From positions 4,384,001 to 4,448,000 of the forward strand of contig OZ242358.1 of assembly GCA_965208835.1 (NCBI GenBank): a DNA stretch of 64,000 bases. The letters run 5' to 3'. This DNA is from Candidatus Latescibacterota bacterium. GTDB taxonomy: Bacteria; Latescibacterota; UBA2968; GCA-2709665. This document shows positions 19,605 through 30,674 of the stretch, in pieces; positions within the stretch are counted from its first letter, which is position 1, and every line of letters starts with the position of its first letter. A program made the translations under genes and the position numbers. A model generated the notes under the pieces. It was given only the letters and a program-made list of their open reading frames with translations. It was not told where the DNA came from and made no database searches.

Positions 19605-20351
19605 TCATCCTCGCCGGCGGCGCCAGGCAGCCAATTCTTCTCTCAGAGGCGCCCAATACCGACGGTCCAGCTTACGTTCGCAATCTTCTTCGTGGCGCAA
19701 CTGAATGTCGACGTCCGTACGACGTCCTTCCAAAACACATCCTAAGAGCGGTCGGCAATCCACCATATCACGGGCTAAATCAGGATATTTGCTCACAATC
19801 TCCTGAAGGATGTCCAGCGTCCTGCATTCTGCGAGCCAGAAACGCACGTCATCTTCAGTTGCCTCGGTATGACGCTGAAAGTAGTCGGCCTCGATCAGGC
19901 GGCGGATCATTGGCCAGTCTTTGTCACGCTGCGTTTTTTTTGCGCGAACCAGATCCTCCAACGCCATCACCGGTACGGTACAAACCCCGGGAAGTACAAT
20001 CTCCATACGACGATTCCACAACACGTCGAAGTTCGCCAAGCCTCTGAGTTTACCCATTACATCGATTCGAAGACCTTCGACACCAGGAGCGCCACACCTG
20101 AAGTGGCAGGCATGTCCCCGTACGAGCACTTCCCGGCTTAATTCAGGCACGTACGTTGTTTCGGCCTGCAGGTGATCAAGAACAGCCTTCAGGTGATTCA
20201 GATTATCTGCCGATGCCAGTATCGCCAGATCGATGTCTCGACTGAACTCCGCCGCTCCGTAGAGGATACAGGCTTGACCGCCCATCAGCAACGCTCGGAC
20301 TCTGGAACCGAATATCGTGGAAAGGGCTTTGGGTATCGGGCTCAGGTTCAA
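19605..20351 (-). CDS. Pol-beta-like nucleotidyltransferase (DUF6036/AbiEii-like)
   Basis: LLMGGQA..YG...FSRDIDL, RIDVM, DLVRAKK..RDKD; TTG start at 20351 with GAGG RBS. Confidence 0.75.
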   Translation of the reverse strand: MNLSPIPKALSTIFGSRVRALLMGGQACILYGAAEFSRDIDLAILASADNLNHLKAVLDHLQAETTYVPELSREVLVRGHACHFRCGAPGVEGLRIDVMGKLRGLANFDVLWNRRMEIVLPGVCTVPVMALEDLVRAKKTQRDKDWPMIRRLIEADYFQRHTEATEDDVRFWLAECRTLDILQEIVSKYPDLARDMVDCRPLLGCVLEGRRTDVDIQLRHEEDCERKLDRRYWAPLREELAAWRRRRG

Positions 20352-20454
20352 AGTCACCTCCAAAGAGCAGGAATGTCTCCCACAGTTTCTGCGACTCAAC
20401 GAAACGCTCCGCGGGAGAACGAGCGTACCAATCCCTGACTTCACCTTCGTACAT
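20203..20454 (-). CDS. Small hypothetical protein overlapping the NTase (possible antitoxin-like partner)
   Basis: DWY..SPAERF.ESQKLW..F...GG..EPEPD.QSPF; lies 5' of and overlaps the NTase start. Confidence 0.55.
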   Translation of the reverse strand: MYEGEVRDWYARSPAERFVESQKLWETFLLFGGDFEPEPDTQSPFHDIRFQSPSVADGRSSLYPLRSGGVQSRHRSGDTGIGR

Positions 20455-20865
20455 GGCGTCGTGTTCCTGAGATTATCAGTTGGAACAGATTGCGTTAATT
20501 ACAACAAGGGGCGTTCCGGATTACCACACCCGGGAGCGGAATCGCCGCCCCGTTGAATTTAGGGGATATGACAACCCGAATCAAGAGGCGCGTTCCGCCG
20601 ATGCCGACGCCGCGAAAAATCATTGACATCGGAATTCTCGCGTTGCATGTTTTGTCCGACGTGAGCGTTCTGGATAGAAGATGAATAAAATCAATTAGAT
20701 AGGGAATTCATTAAGTTCCACTGACGCCTGTCGCCGGCGAGTCCGGATGGCCGTTCGCAATGGCAGGCGGCCCGCTCACGGGGATACGATCGTCGAGCGC
20801 TGGCGACGGTCCGGATCGCCGCCGCGGATTTCGAAGGGCGAAGATTTTCCAGGGGAGGTATTGCG

Positions 20866-21504
20866 ATGAGGGTATTGATTTTGTCGGGTGAGAATCACGG
20901 CTTCGATCAGAGCGCCGGAATGATCCATGGGTTTCTGGACGCCCAGCCCGAACTGTCGGCGGAACTGTGTACGGACAAGGACCTGCTGACGAGCGGGATG
21001 GATCAATATGACGTCTGCGTGTTCGGAACGGGGTTCACGCGCACCGTCAAGCGGGAGGACGGTTCGATTGCCCGCGAATCGGACCTGACGCCCGCCCAGG
21101 AGGACGGCCTCTTCGGGTTTGTCGCCGGCGGCAAGGGACTCGTGGGGATTCACGGAACGGGATGGTGGATCGGCGGGCGGGCGGCGGATCTGCTGGGCGG
21201 GCATGCCAATTGGCATCCGCCCGGGTTGACGTTTACCGTACGGGTGGATGACGCGGACCATCCCGTGATGGAGGGCATCGAAGATTTCGAGGTGGACGAC
21301 GAGATTTACATTTCGGCGTACGAACCTCAGCTGCGAATTCTCGCGTCCGCGCAATGGCATGGCGGGACATTTCCCGTCGCGTGGGTGAAAGCGTACGGAT
21401 CGGGTCGGGTCTTCTACACGGCGCTCGGCCACGGCCCGGGGACGTTCGCGAGGCCTCCGGTACAGGCCATGCTTTGCCAGGGCGTGCGCTGGGCCGCAGG
21501 TTGA
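20866..21504 (+). CDS. ThuA-like domain protein
   Basis: GENHGF, GGKGLVGIH, DHPVM, DEIY, GRVFYTALGH; RBS GGAGG. Confidence 0.9.
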   Translation: MRVLILSGENHGFDQSAGMIHGFLDAQPELSAELCTDKDLLTSGMDQYDVCVFGTGFTRTVKREDGSIARESDLTPAQEDGLFGFVAGGKGLVGIHGTGWWIGGRAADLLGGHANWHPPGLTFTVRVDDADHPVMEGIEDFEVDDEIYISAYEPQLRILASAQWHGGTFPVAWVKAYGSGRVFYTALGHGPGTFARPPVQAMLCQGVRWAAG

Positions 21505-21585
21505 ACGGCAGACGGCGCGGAGCCGGACTTAGACAATCGAAGACACCGTTGACGACACAGAGTGTCGGGGCAAGGAGGGACCGAG

Positions 21586-22371
21586 ATGCTGGAGTTGAAT
21601 CTGTCGGGCAAGGTGGCTCTGGTGACAGGGGCCAGTGAGGGCATCGGAAAAGGGATCGCCCTGAAGTTGGCCGGAGAGGGATGCCGGGTTGCGATGTGCG
21701 CGCGGCGTCAGGACGTTCTGGCGGATGCGGCGGAGGCCATCAGGTCGGAATCCGGCGCCGAAATACTCGCGGTGGCTGCGGATGTCGCGCTTGCCGCGGA
21801 TGTGGAACGGTTCGTAAATGACGCCGTGTCAGAATTCGGTGGTATCGATATCCTGGTCAACAACGCGGGACGTTCGGAAGGCCATCACTTCGAGGATACA
21901 ACCGAGTCGGTCTGGCATGGAGACTTCGATTTAAAGTTCTGGGCCGCGGTACGCAGTTCCCGGCTGGCCGTTCCGCAAATGAAGGCGCGCGGCGGGGGCA
22001 GCATCGTGAATATTACGCATCCGGGGGGCAAGGCGCCGGGACCGGGCTCCGTGCCCACGTCGGTGAGCCGCGCGGCGGGAATCGCATTGAGCAAGGCCAT
22101 GTCCAAGGACCTGGCACAGCATCGGATTCGCGTGAATACCGTGTGCCTGACGAATATCAAATCCGCGCAGGGCGTGCGGGCGTGGCGGGCGTCCGGCAGC
22201 GACATGGATTTCGATGCCTGGTGTGAAGAAGCCGGAAAAGACGTACCGCTGGGGAGGATGGGCGAACCCGGAGAGGTGGCCGATCTGGTCGCGTTTCTGG
22301 TGTCCGAAAGGGGCGCCTTCATGACCGGCGCCGCGATCAACTTCGATGGCGGGTCGGGTGAGACTGTCTAA
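21586..22371 (+). CDS. SDR-family oxidoreductase
   Basis: TGASEGIG, DILVNNAG, PLGRMGEP, DGG; RBS AGGAGG. Confidence 0.92.
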   Translation: MLELNLSGKVALVTGASEGIGKGIALKLAGEGCRVAMCARRQDVLADAAEAIRSESGAEILAVAADVALAADVERFVNDAVSEFGGIDILVNNAGRSEGHHFEDTTESVWHGDFDLKFWAAVRSSRLAVPQMKARGGGSIVNITHPGGKAPGPGSVPTSVSRAAGIALSKAMSKDLAQHRIRVNTVCLTNIKSAQGVRAWRASGSDMDFDAWCEEAGKDVPLGRMGEPGEVADLVAFLVSERGAFMTGAAINFDGGSGETV

Positions 22372-22599
22372 ACCGGACTATATCGCCAGTTGATGCTCCG
22401 CCGGGAGCCGACGATCCGCGGCTGTGAACGCGCATTCCAGTTGGTCGTGATCCAGACTGTAAGACAATTGCAAACGATCCCGGAAAAGACAAGGGGCGGT
22501 GCTGCATCCGAGCACATCGTCCCTTTTTTGTAAATTCGACGAAAGTCCCGACGTCCCCGCTTCATCTGTTCATCCCACTTCCTTTTCTCCCGCCACCGG

Positions 22600-22751
22600 A
22601 TCCGTCTGGATTCCCGCCTGCTCGACGCGACCCCATGAAGTACTGCCTCCATCTCCACGCTTTGGCTGATGTTCCAGCTTGCTTCGAACAGCCTGGACGG
22701 GCGCTCCCTCAGCGTCCTGTTTTCGGTTTCCTGCTCCTGTCTCGTCCGCAT
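22600..22751 (-). pseudogene. Truncated N-terminal remnant of a hybrid histidine kinase paralog
   Basis: MRTRQEQETENRTLRERPSRLFEAS.. aligns with [25 protein letters not shown].. (27915); similarity lost after ~45 aa; left bound approximate. Confidence 0.8.
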
Positions 22752-23200
22752 TACCCCTCTCCCTGAACGCTGTGTCTACCCCAGGTAACGTCATTTCCGG
22801 TACCCTCTTCGTGCACGGTTCCGCAATCCTGCCGCGGGGGTCGGTTTTGGAATAAAAGGAAAAAACGCCGCAAAGCGGTCAAGACACCTAAAAAACACAC
22901 AAATAGCCCAACTCGACACAGCGACAACACATCTAATTTGCTATATTAGCCCCAAATAGTACATGGGAAAGCCGGCCGAATCGACGACCGACCTTGTGAC
23001 AGCCGAGGAAGGGGTGACAACGGGGACCTGCATAGTGACGGTAATCTGTGAGGGTGGACCGTAACCAGGGTGGTTATCCGGCTGAAACTGTGTCTACCCA
23101 CGCCACAAGCGCCCAGACCCTTTCGTGTCCAGGTAAGGGCCCTCAAAGCAAGCATTCGGTTGAATACAATCGATGTTACTTGTCGGGAGGGAAATTGAAA

Positions 23201-25257
23201 ATGAACAGGACAGCACGTCACTATGTCGCCCAGTTGCTGCTGCTGGCGATGTGTCATTTCGTAATATTCTGCATTTGTTATGTCGGCCACGCATCATCCC
23301 CTCCAGCCGGCAGCGTCCATTTCCCACTGCCTGTCGATCCCGAACAGCGGCAGTACGATGATCCCCGGCCCGCCGGAAAATTGGCGGCGGACCTTAACGT
23401 GGGTGAACCACGTACCGTAGGCAGTGGGAAATGGACGCTGCCGGGCGGATGATCTACTTCCTACCTAAGGACAAGCAAGCCCAGCCAGATGTAGACGCGA
23501 CGTTCGATACTTTGATGAAAGTCGTACAACAATCCTACGCCGAGCATATGGAATACCACGGATTCGGAAGGAAAACCTTCCGATTTGAAACCGGCGCCAA
23601 TGGAAAGGCCCTGGTACATCACGTGAAGGGGAAATTCAGCGATATGCACTACCATGCTGACGCGTTCCGCAAAGTCGAGGAAGAAGTGATTGGACGTTTT
23701 GATCTGGAACGAAACATCTACCTGGTATCCCTGGATGTAAGTAACAGCCAGGGGTGCGGATGGGGCTTACGTCATGGGCCCGAAAGTGGAATGGTAGTTA
23801 TACCCGTCACGTTTTTCAAGAATGAGCATGCCTGGAATTGTGGTAATGTTGCCCTTATTGCCCATGAACTAGGGCATGCTTTTGGGTTGTCGCACGATTC
23901 CTTCAGGAATGCCACTCGTAGCCCGTCGTCGTATCATACCGACTGGATGGTTGCATCTTTTGCCGCGGCCGAGTGGTTGGACGTCCACCGCTATTTCAAC
24001 GTCGGCCAGAGCTATCCTGAAAGAGATGAACCAACCACGATTAAGATGCTTCCACCGAGCGCCGTTCCGCCGAGGGCTATTCGGGTCCGTTTTGAGGTAT
24101 CCGATCCCGATGGACTCCATCAAGTGCAATTGTTCAACAGCACCGGCGAGGTCATTGATTTTCGAGGGGTTAAGGGCAAGAACGGTACGGTTGATTTTGT
24201 CACTCAAGAAGTGACCGAAGCCCCTGGCAATAAGGTGGAACTCCGTGTTATCGATGTATATGGCAACGTCGGGAGTAACCGCGATCCAATCGATATTCTG
24301 GCTCTGCTCACCCATGAAGGCGTGTCGATCCCCGATGAAAATTTGGCCGCGGTGGTGCGGCAAACTCTCGACTTGGCGCCGGGGGAAACCGTGACACAGC
24401 TAAGAATGTTGAGATTGAGGAGACTTGATGCCACCTCTCGTCAGATCACAGACCTTGCCGGGCTTGAACATGCGGTTAATCTCATAGACTTGGCTCTCGG
24501 CGACAATCAGGCGCGCGGCGTCACACCTTTAGCTGGATTGATCATCCTGAAAAAATTGGCCCTTTGGAACAACCGCATATCCGATATACGACCGCTGATG
24601 CGGATGAACTCTCTGGAACGATTGTGGTTGATCGGAAACTCGGTATCCGATCTCTCCCCTTGTGCGGGATTGACCGGTTTGAAGGTGATTCATCTCCGCG
24701 GGAATCCGATTGCGGATAAGAAGCCGCTATATGGATTACTGCGGCGGAATCCGTTCCTGGAAATTGATATTGAACTTGATATTCTAACACTGGAAATCAT
24801 CTCCGGCGACGGTCAGGAGGGGGTGCCCGGCGCCGCGCTCGCTGACTCTATGGTCGTTCAGGTACGGGATCAGTTGGGCGAGCCCCTGGGGGATGTTGTA
24901 GTGACCTTTACCGTCACTGCCGGCGGCGGGACGCTCTCGGATACCACCGTCACGACAGATGCCGATGGCCGCGCCAGTACCACACTGACTCTGGGCCGCA
25001 CTCCGGGGACCAACACCGTTGTTGTGACTTTAGCCAATCTCAAGCCTGTCATCTTTGCAGCCACCGTCAGGGTTCACGCCGACTTCAACGGCGACGGGGC
25101 GGTGGGCTTTCCAGACTTTCTGCAATTCGCGGCACACTTCGGACTAAGTCGCGGCGACGAAGGGTATAACGCGCGGTTCGACCTTGACGAGAACGGTGCC
25201 ATCGGGTTCAGTGACTTTGTGATCTTCGCCGGGGCGTTTGGCAAAAGCACCTCATGA
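23201..25257 (+). pseudogene. Secreted metzincin + LRR + Ig-like + dockerin-like protein, frameshifted by a 26-bp insertion
   Basis: RBS GGGAGG, signal peptide from 23201; HELGHAFGLSH; internalin-type LRRs; Big_1-like ISGDGQEG..TTDADGRA; C-terminal DFNGDG module; removing 23419-23444 joins the frames. Confidence 0.8.
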
Positions 25258-25545
25258 ACCGGATGATCCTACCATGAAATCGCCCGTTCATTATGCTGTT
25301 TTGTTCGTGTCGCTCGGCCTCTTCGTCCGGACGCTCTCCGCGGGCTATGCATCTGCCACGGCCAGCAGGACCGTCTGCGGGTGGCGGGCGGGAGTTCAAG
25401 CGCAGTAAATCGACCTCGTCAAGAGCATCGGGCGATGGCAGCATCCATCGCCTCATTTGCTATTTTCCGACCAATCGCGTCTTCACTATCCCTGCTTACA
25501 ATATCACCTGGTCTCAATCTCCGAATGCTCAAGTCTTTCGTCCAC

Positions 25546-27915
25546 CTACTCGACTCGACCCAGGCGATAGCCGACGCCAGGTACATTGCATATGTACTGG
25601 GGGCCGTCCGCGCTGTCGCCCAATTTGCGGCGGAGGTTCTTGACGGCGGTGCGCAGCGGTTGCGTATTGGCAAAACGCTCGGTGCGCCAAACCCGCCTGA
25701 GCAGTTGTTTATGTGTCATTATGCTCCCGGCATTGATGGCGAGTTCAGCAAGCAGCCGGTATTCGATATCGGTTGCCGGCACCGGCCGTCCTGCAAGGGA
25801 CACTTTGCGCTTCACGAAGTCGATCTCCATTTCACCCATGGCGAAGGGCTCGGTTGGCAACGCCGTGCCGGGCGCCACCTGCTTGCGCAGGGCTGCCCGA
25901 ATTCTCGCCGCCAGTTCTGACGGCGAAAGTGGCTTGACCATATAGTCGTCGGCACCGGCGTCGAAAGCCCGTACGATCGCTTCCTCGTGCCCATAGGCCG
26001 AAATGAAAATGACCGGCACATCATACACTTCGAGTATGTCCTCCATCACGTGGACCCCATCGGTGCCCGCGAGCACGAGGTCCAACAATACCAGAGCGGG
26101 ACGGTACTCTTCCATGAGTTCCGGTACGTCATTGGGGTCGCTGGTTACAAATGGCGTGTATCCCGCATTCGAAAGGGCTTCCCGGATGACAAGCAACGTC
26201 CTGGGATCGTCGTCCACGACCAGGATTGGCGTCGGAAGCTGTACGTCGTGCTGACGGATGTCGTCTGTCTCTGTCGATCCTGCTTCCTCCGCGATGGGAA
26301 CGGTAAACGTGAACCGGGCGCCTTTGCCCAACCCTTCGCTTTCTGCACGTATGCGTCCGCCGTGTGCTTCAACGATGCCCTTGCATATGGCCAGCCCCCA
26401 GCCCGTACCTGCATCATCTCCGGAGAAATCCTCCACCTCAATGCGTGGAAACTTCCGGAACAGGTTTGGAAGGTGCTCTTCGGGCACACCCCGGCCCTTG
26501 TCCGAGACGGAAACCGCGACGTCGAGATCCTCTATCACGGCGGATACAAGTATCGGTGAATTCTCTGGCGAATTCTGGGCCGCGTTGACGAGTAGGTTTT
26601 CCAGCACCTGAACGATGCGTCTGATGTCCGCCATCACCCGAGGCAGCCCGGGCGCCATCTCAATTCGGATGTCGCTGGCAAGCCCACCCGTAAGAAGGGT
26701 GTTCCGGGCTTGATCCACCAGGTCCGCTATCGACGTGGATTCGGGATTGACCTGAAGCGTCCCCGTCGAGATCCGTGCAACGTCATGCAGGTCGGCGATC
26801 AGCGCGTTCATGCGTTCTGAGTGATCATTTATGATGCGGAAGAGCTGGACGATCTCAGCCACACTCAATGTGGAAGTATCCGCCAGGCCTGACGTGACAG
26901 ATCCCCTGATGGCGTTCAACGGCGCCCGCAGTTCGTGGCTGACCATGGCAAGAAACTCGGCGCGCAACCGTTCGACTTCCTCGAGATGCGTCATGTCCTG
27001 CAACGTCACGACAAAGGACTCGACGTCGCCGGCTCCGGAGCGAATGGGTGTGGCGTTGACCAGGGCGGTTACACTCCGTCCGTTCGGGACCTTGAAGACG
27101 ACCTCCTCCGCCCGCACCGTCTCACCGGTGCTGAGCGCCTGTGATAAAGAGAGCTTCTGAAGGGATACCTCCCGGCCGTCGGCTCTCCGGATCGTCATGA
27201 CTTCCAGGAGTTGCTCGGTTGTACCGTCCTCGTCGCGAAGGTCATCGAGGATTCGCGCCGCCTCGCGGTTGAAAAGCACCGGCTTTCCGGTTCTTGTATC
27301 GAAGACGGCGACACCCACCGGCGAGGTATTGATCAGGGCCTCCAGGTCAGCCCGTGTCCGCTTCTCGTCACGGTATCGACGGGCGTTTGCGATTACGAGC
27401 GCCGCCTGAGACGCAAACATCACCAGGGTCTCTTCGTCTTCCGCGTTGAACCTGCGGCCGCCTTCTTTTTCCGACACGAAAAAGGTACCGACGTTCTTCC
27501 CCTGGTGGCGAATCGGTGCGGCCATAAACGTCAGCACCCGGCTCATTGGCGCCGGGGGGTCGAACTTCGGAAGCCCAAGCGCACGCGTATGGGCGTGAAA
27601 GTCGTGCAGCCTCAGCGGCGCCTGAATACTGCTGAAATACTCGAAGAGACGGGCGCCGTCACCGAAGTTGAACAGTTTCCGGGTCTCTTCGGCCGTCATT
27701 CCTGAGGTAAGGTGGTCCTCCGCCTTCCCTTCGTCGTTCAGCAGCGTGATCAACCCGTATTTGGCGTCGGTCAGAAACCTGCCGCTATCCACGACCCCCT
27801 GCAGTACTTCGTCGAATTCCAGGCTCTCGTTGATGTGCCGGCTTGCTTCGTACATCCGGGACAGCCGCTCCCTCAGCGCGCTGTTCTCTGTTTCGTACAC
27901 CTGTCTCGTCCGCAT
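25546..27915 (-). CDS. Cytoplasmic hybrid GAF-PAS-HisKA-HATPase-REC-wHTH kinase/response-regulator fusion
   Basis: [60 protein letters not shown]; RBS GGAG. Confidence 0.92.
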   Translation of the reverse strand: MRTRQVYETENSALRERLSRMYEASRHINESLEFDEVLQGVVDSGRFLTDAKYGLITLLNDEGKAEDHLTSGMTAEETRKLFNFGDGARLFEYFSSIQAPLRLHDFHAHTRALGLPKFDPPAPMSRVLTFMAAPIRHQGKNVGTFFVSEKEGGRRFNAEDEETLVMFASQAALVIANARRYRDEKRTRADLEALINTSPVGVAVFDTRTGKPVLFNREAARILDDLRDEDGTTEQLLEVMTIRRADGREVSLQKLSLSQALSTGETVRAEEVVFKVPNGRSVTALVNATPIRSGAGDVESFVVTLQDMTHLEEVERLRAEFLAMVSHELRAPLNAIRGSVTSGLADTSTLSVAEIVQLFRIINDHSERMNALIADLHDVARISTGTLQVNPESTSIADLVDQARNTLLTGGLASDIRIEMAPGLPRVMADIRRIVQVLENLLVNAAQNSPENSPILVSAVIEDLDVAVSVSDKGRGVPEEHLPNLFRKFPRIEVEDFSGDDAGTGWGLAICKGIVEAHGGRIRAESEGLGKGARFTFTVPIAEEAGSTETDDIRQHDVQLPTPILVVDDDPRTLLVIREALSNAGYTPFVTSDPNDVPELMEEYRPALVLLDLVLAGTDGVHVMEDILEVYDVPVIFISAYGHEEAIVRAFDAGADDYMVKPLSPSELAARIRAALRKQVAPGTALPTEPFAMGEMEIDFVKRKVSLAGRPVPATDIEYRLLAELAINAGSIMTHKQLLRRVWRTERFANTQPLRTAVKNLRRKLGDSADGPQYICNVPGVGYRLGRVE

Positions 27916-28166
27916 TGCGCATCTCCCTGAAGGCGCTGTCGGTGCCACACGATTATATTCTCGGTACCCTCTTCCTGCTCGATTCAGCAATCCTGCCGAA
28001 TTGTCAGTTTGGAATATAAGAAAAAAAGTGCCATTAAATGAAATGAACACAAAAAAAACACGCAAAAGGGACATATTGGCACAGCGTCGACACATCGATT
28101 TCGATAAATTGGACCGCTCCATCTATCCGCATTAACACTAACCTGCCGGAGCAAGGATCGCACTCT

Positions 28167-30140
28167 ATGACATCAATAGAGAAAGTTGAATTCATCGCCA
28201 TTCTCATCTTGCTGATATTGGTTGCATTCGTTCCGACTGGTTCGGTCGCGCAGGGAGATCGTACGACACGACAAGGGACCACCGTCGGTTCCAATGGGCA
28301 TGACGCGACGTATCTGCCGGATTTCGACGGCGACGAGACGGTCGGCTTTGGTGATTTTTTACAGTTCGCGGCGAAATTTGGACGAAGTGAAGGTGATGAC
28401 GGATATGAAGCCCGGTTCGATCTGAACGGCGACGGGGAAATTGGGTTTTCGGACTTTTTGATCTTTGCGCAGAGCTTCGGGAAGGACTTTTCATTCGGGA
28501 TGCTCCTGCCCTGGGACCTGTCCGGAATCGTGCCGATCGAATCGGTCCGGTCTACACCCGAAGGTACGCGTATTTACATGCGGACGGAGTTTGCCATCGG
28601 CGCATTCGTCGACCTGCAGATGGAGTTCATCCAGGTCGTGGATGATTTTCTGCCGCCCATGCCGGTCTATATGGTGAAAGCCTCCGATTCCTTGCTGGTG
28701 GCCGCGGGAGGCCTCGCCAGGGGCATGAGCGGTTCCCCCATTTTTTCGGCGCAGGGCGTCTGGGGCGCGATCGCTTACGGCTTTAACGCCCAGGACAGCC
28801 CGCCCTACTACTTTTTCGCCACTCCCATCGAATGGGTGATCGGCGACAGGGGAATGGTCCCATTGGCTAAGACCTCATCCGTCTGGGGTGGAAGCGGCAT
28901 CGTACCTCTTGATGTACCGATCGTCAGTACAGGTCTCAACCGCACCCGGTTAACCCCGCAAGGGCGTCCGTCGATCCTGAACGATGCGATCTCGGCCGGT
29001 TTGACCAAGGACCGCCAGACGAGTTTTGCGCCTGGCAGGCCGCTGGCGGTGGCTTTGCTGCTGGGCGAACTGACACTCGGCGGTCTCGGAACCATCTCCT
29101 TCGTTGACGGCGACCGGGTGTATGGTTTCGGACACTCAATGTTCAAAGCGGGACCGGTGGCGCTTCCGATTATCGAAGCAACGGCAGCCGGAGGGAACTC
29201 CAATTTGCAGGCGCCGTACAAATTCGCAACGCTGAATCCTACGGTACGGGGAACGCTTACCGAAGACCGTGTTCCGGCGGTCCGGGGCATTATGGATGAA
29301 GCGCCTGACCTGGCGCAGATCAAGAGTGTGTATTCGTTTCCGACGGCCGGAGAAGTTGAGCTCTTGCATATGATTCCCACAGTTGGCGTGAGTCCGGATA
29401 TGTCCATCGATCTGGTCGCGGGCGCGTTCTTCATACCGCTGTCCAACCGGATCGAACTGCAATCGGACCGCAGCATGCGCATTGCTGCGTATGTTTCTTT
29501 TGACGGCTCCGATTCCACGCTTTCACGTTCGCGACTCTACGCCTCGCCCGAAGGACGGCTCGGTTCGTTGATCCGGTTCGCGTTCGCCGACATTTCCTCG
29601 GCACTCTCAGCTCTGATGATAAGGGACGACTACGCATTACACGTGACCGATGCCTCCGTGCAAGTGGAAGTGATCGCAGAACCCCGTTTCGCCAGGGTCT
29701 TTGGAGTGTCCGCGGACACAGTCGCCAGCCCCGGCGACACGCTGGCCGTTACCGCTTTGTTACGGGTGGGACGCCGGATCGATCGGGAGGTCGAACTGGC
29801 GTTTGGGGTTCCCGAAGCGTTTCCGCCGGGCGTCTACCTGCTCGAGGCGGGTTCGGCCGCGGCGCTCGGGGACGCTGCAGGTGGACCCGGATTCGGCCGC
29901 CTGCGACGTGACGAGACACTCGAAGAAGCCTTTGAGAGGGTCAACAGCGAAGACGACAACGTGGTCTTGAAAGTCCGGCTGACGTTCGATATGCCGCTCG
30001 GATCGCCGGGGGGTCAGCGTCCCCCACCCGGCAAAGAGGGAGGCATCAGACCGTCCGTTTCAATCCGTAAGAATGTCGATCTGTTCCTGCAGGGTTCAGT
30101 GAGCAAGTCCATAAGGGTCGTCGTACCGGAAGGGCCGTGA
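28167..30140 (+). CDS. Secreted dockerin-like + SpoIVB (S55)-like peptidase domain protein
   Basis: Signal peptide; DFDGDETVGFGDF..FDLNGDGEIGFSDF; GLARGMSGSPI, GAIAYG, YGFGHSM. Confidence 0.8.
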   Translation: MTSIEKVEFIAILILLILVAFVPTGSVAQGDRTTRQGTTVGSNGHDATYLPDFDGDETVGFGDFLQFAAKFGRSEGDDGYEARFDLNGDGEIGFSDFLIFAQSFGKDFSFGMLLPWDLSGIVPIESVRSTPEGTRIYMRTEFAIGAFVDLQMEFIQVVDDFLPPMPVYMVKASDSLLVAAGGLARGMSGSPIFSAQGVWGAIAYGFNAQDSPPYYFFATPIEWVIGDRGMVPLAKTSSVWGGSGIVPLDVPIVSTGLNRTRLTPQGRPSILNDAISAGLTKDRQTSFAPGRPLAVALLLGELTLGGLGTISFVDGDRVYGFGHSMFKAGPVALPIIEATAAGGNSNLQAPYKFATLNPTVRGTLTEDRVPAVRGIMDEAPDLAQIKSVYSFPTAGEVELLHMIPTVGVSPDMSIDLVAGAFFIPLSNRIELQSDRSMRIAAYVSFDGSDSTLSRSRLYASPEGRLGSLIRFAFADISSALSALMIRDDYALHVTDASVQVEVIAEPRFARVFGVSADTVASPGDTLAVTALLRVGRRIDREVELAFGVPEAFPPGVYLLEAGSAAALGDAAGGPGFGRLRRDETLEEAFERVNSEDDNVVLKVRLTFDMPLGSPGGQRPPPGKEGGIRPSVSIRKNVDLFLQGSVSKSIRVVVPEGP

Positions 30141-30674
30141 CGTATCGAGCGGATCTGTACAGACATCCCCGTGTGTGAGGGCTTAGACCTTTTCAAGAGA
30201 AAAGATCGGTCTGCGCGGCGGCAACGGTTGTCCGGCCTGCATGCATTGAAGGAGTCAGGAAGTTGAAACCACCTCATCCTTCGTGATGGAATCCACGTAC
30301 GACACGTATGAATTCGCCTGTGACTCACCGCGATGGCGGCCGTACAGGCAAACCCAAGCAACGCTTGGCCCGGACGCCGAGAGTTTGACCGACACGAACG
30401 CGAGAATCACCGTCCGGACTGCCTCCGGCGCTTGTGGTAACTGATCACCTTTAGCCTTGCGGCGGCGGAAATCAGCGGTGAAACGCGTCTTCGCGCCTCT
30501 CAATCGTGGCCGCGGGTTCCCCGGAACCGACGCCAAATACTCCCCGAGACCGGAGGCGTCGCCCGGCCCCGCGGCCCGGTTGGCTTGCGGCCGCCCAACT
30601 GTCGCAGATTGCGACGGTTCTGTCCATTCGCACTAATCTACCGGCGCCGGTAGTCCCGATAAAGGAGAGAGTCC

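Noticed and set aside
23333-23418. Recombinase-driven invertible switch between the 26-bp inverted repeats
   Set aside because: Inversion would not repair the frame, whereas deleting one arm does; no recombinase nearby.
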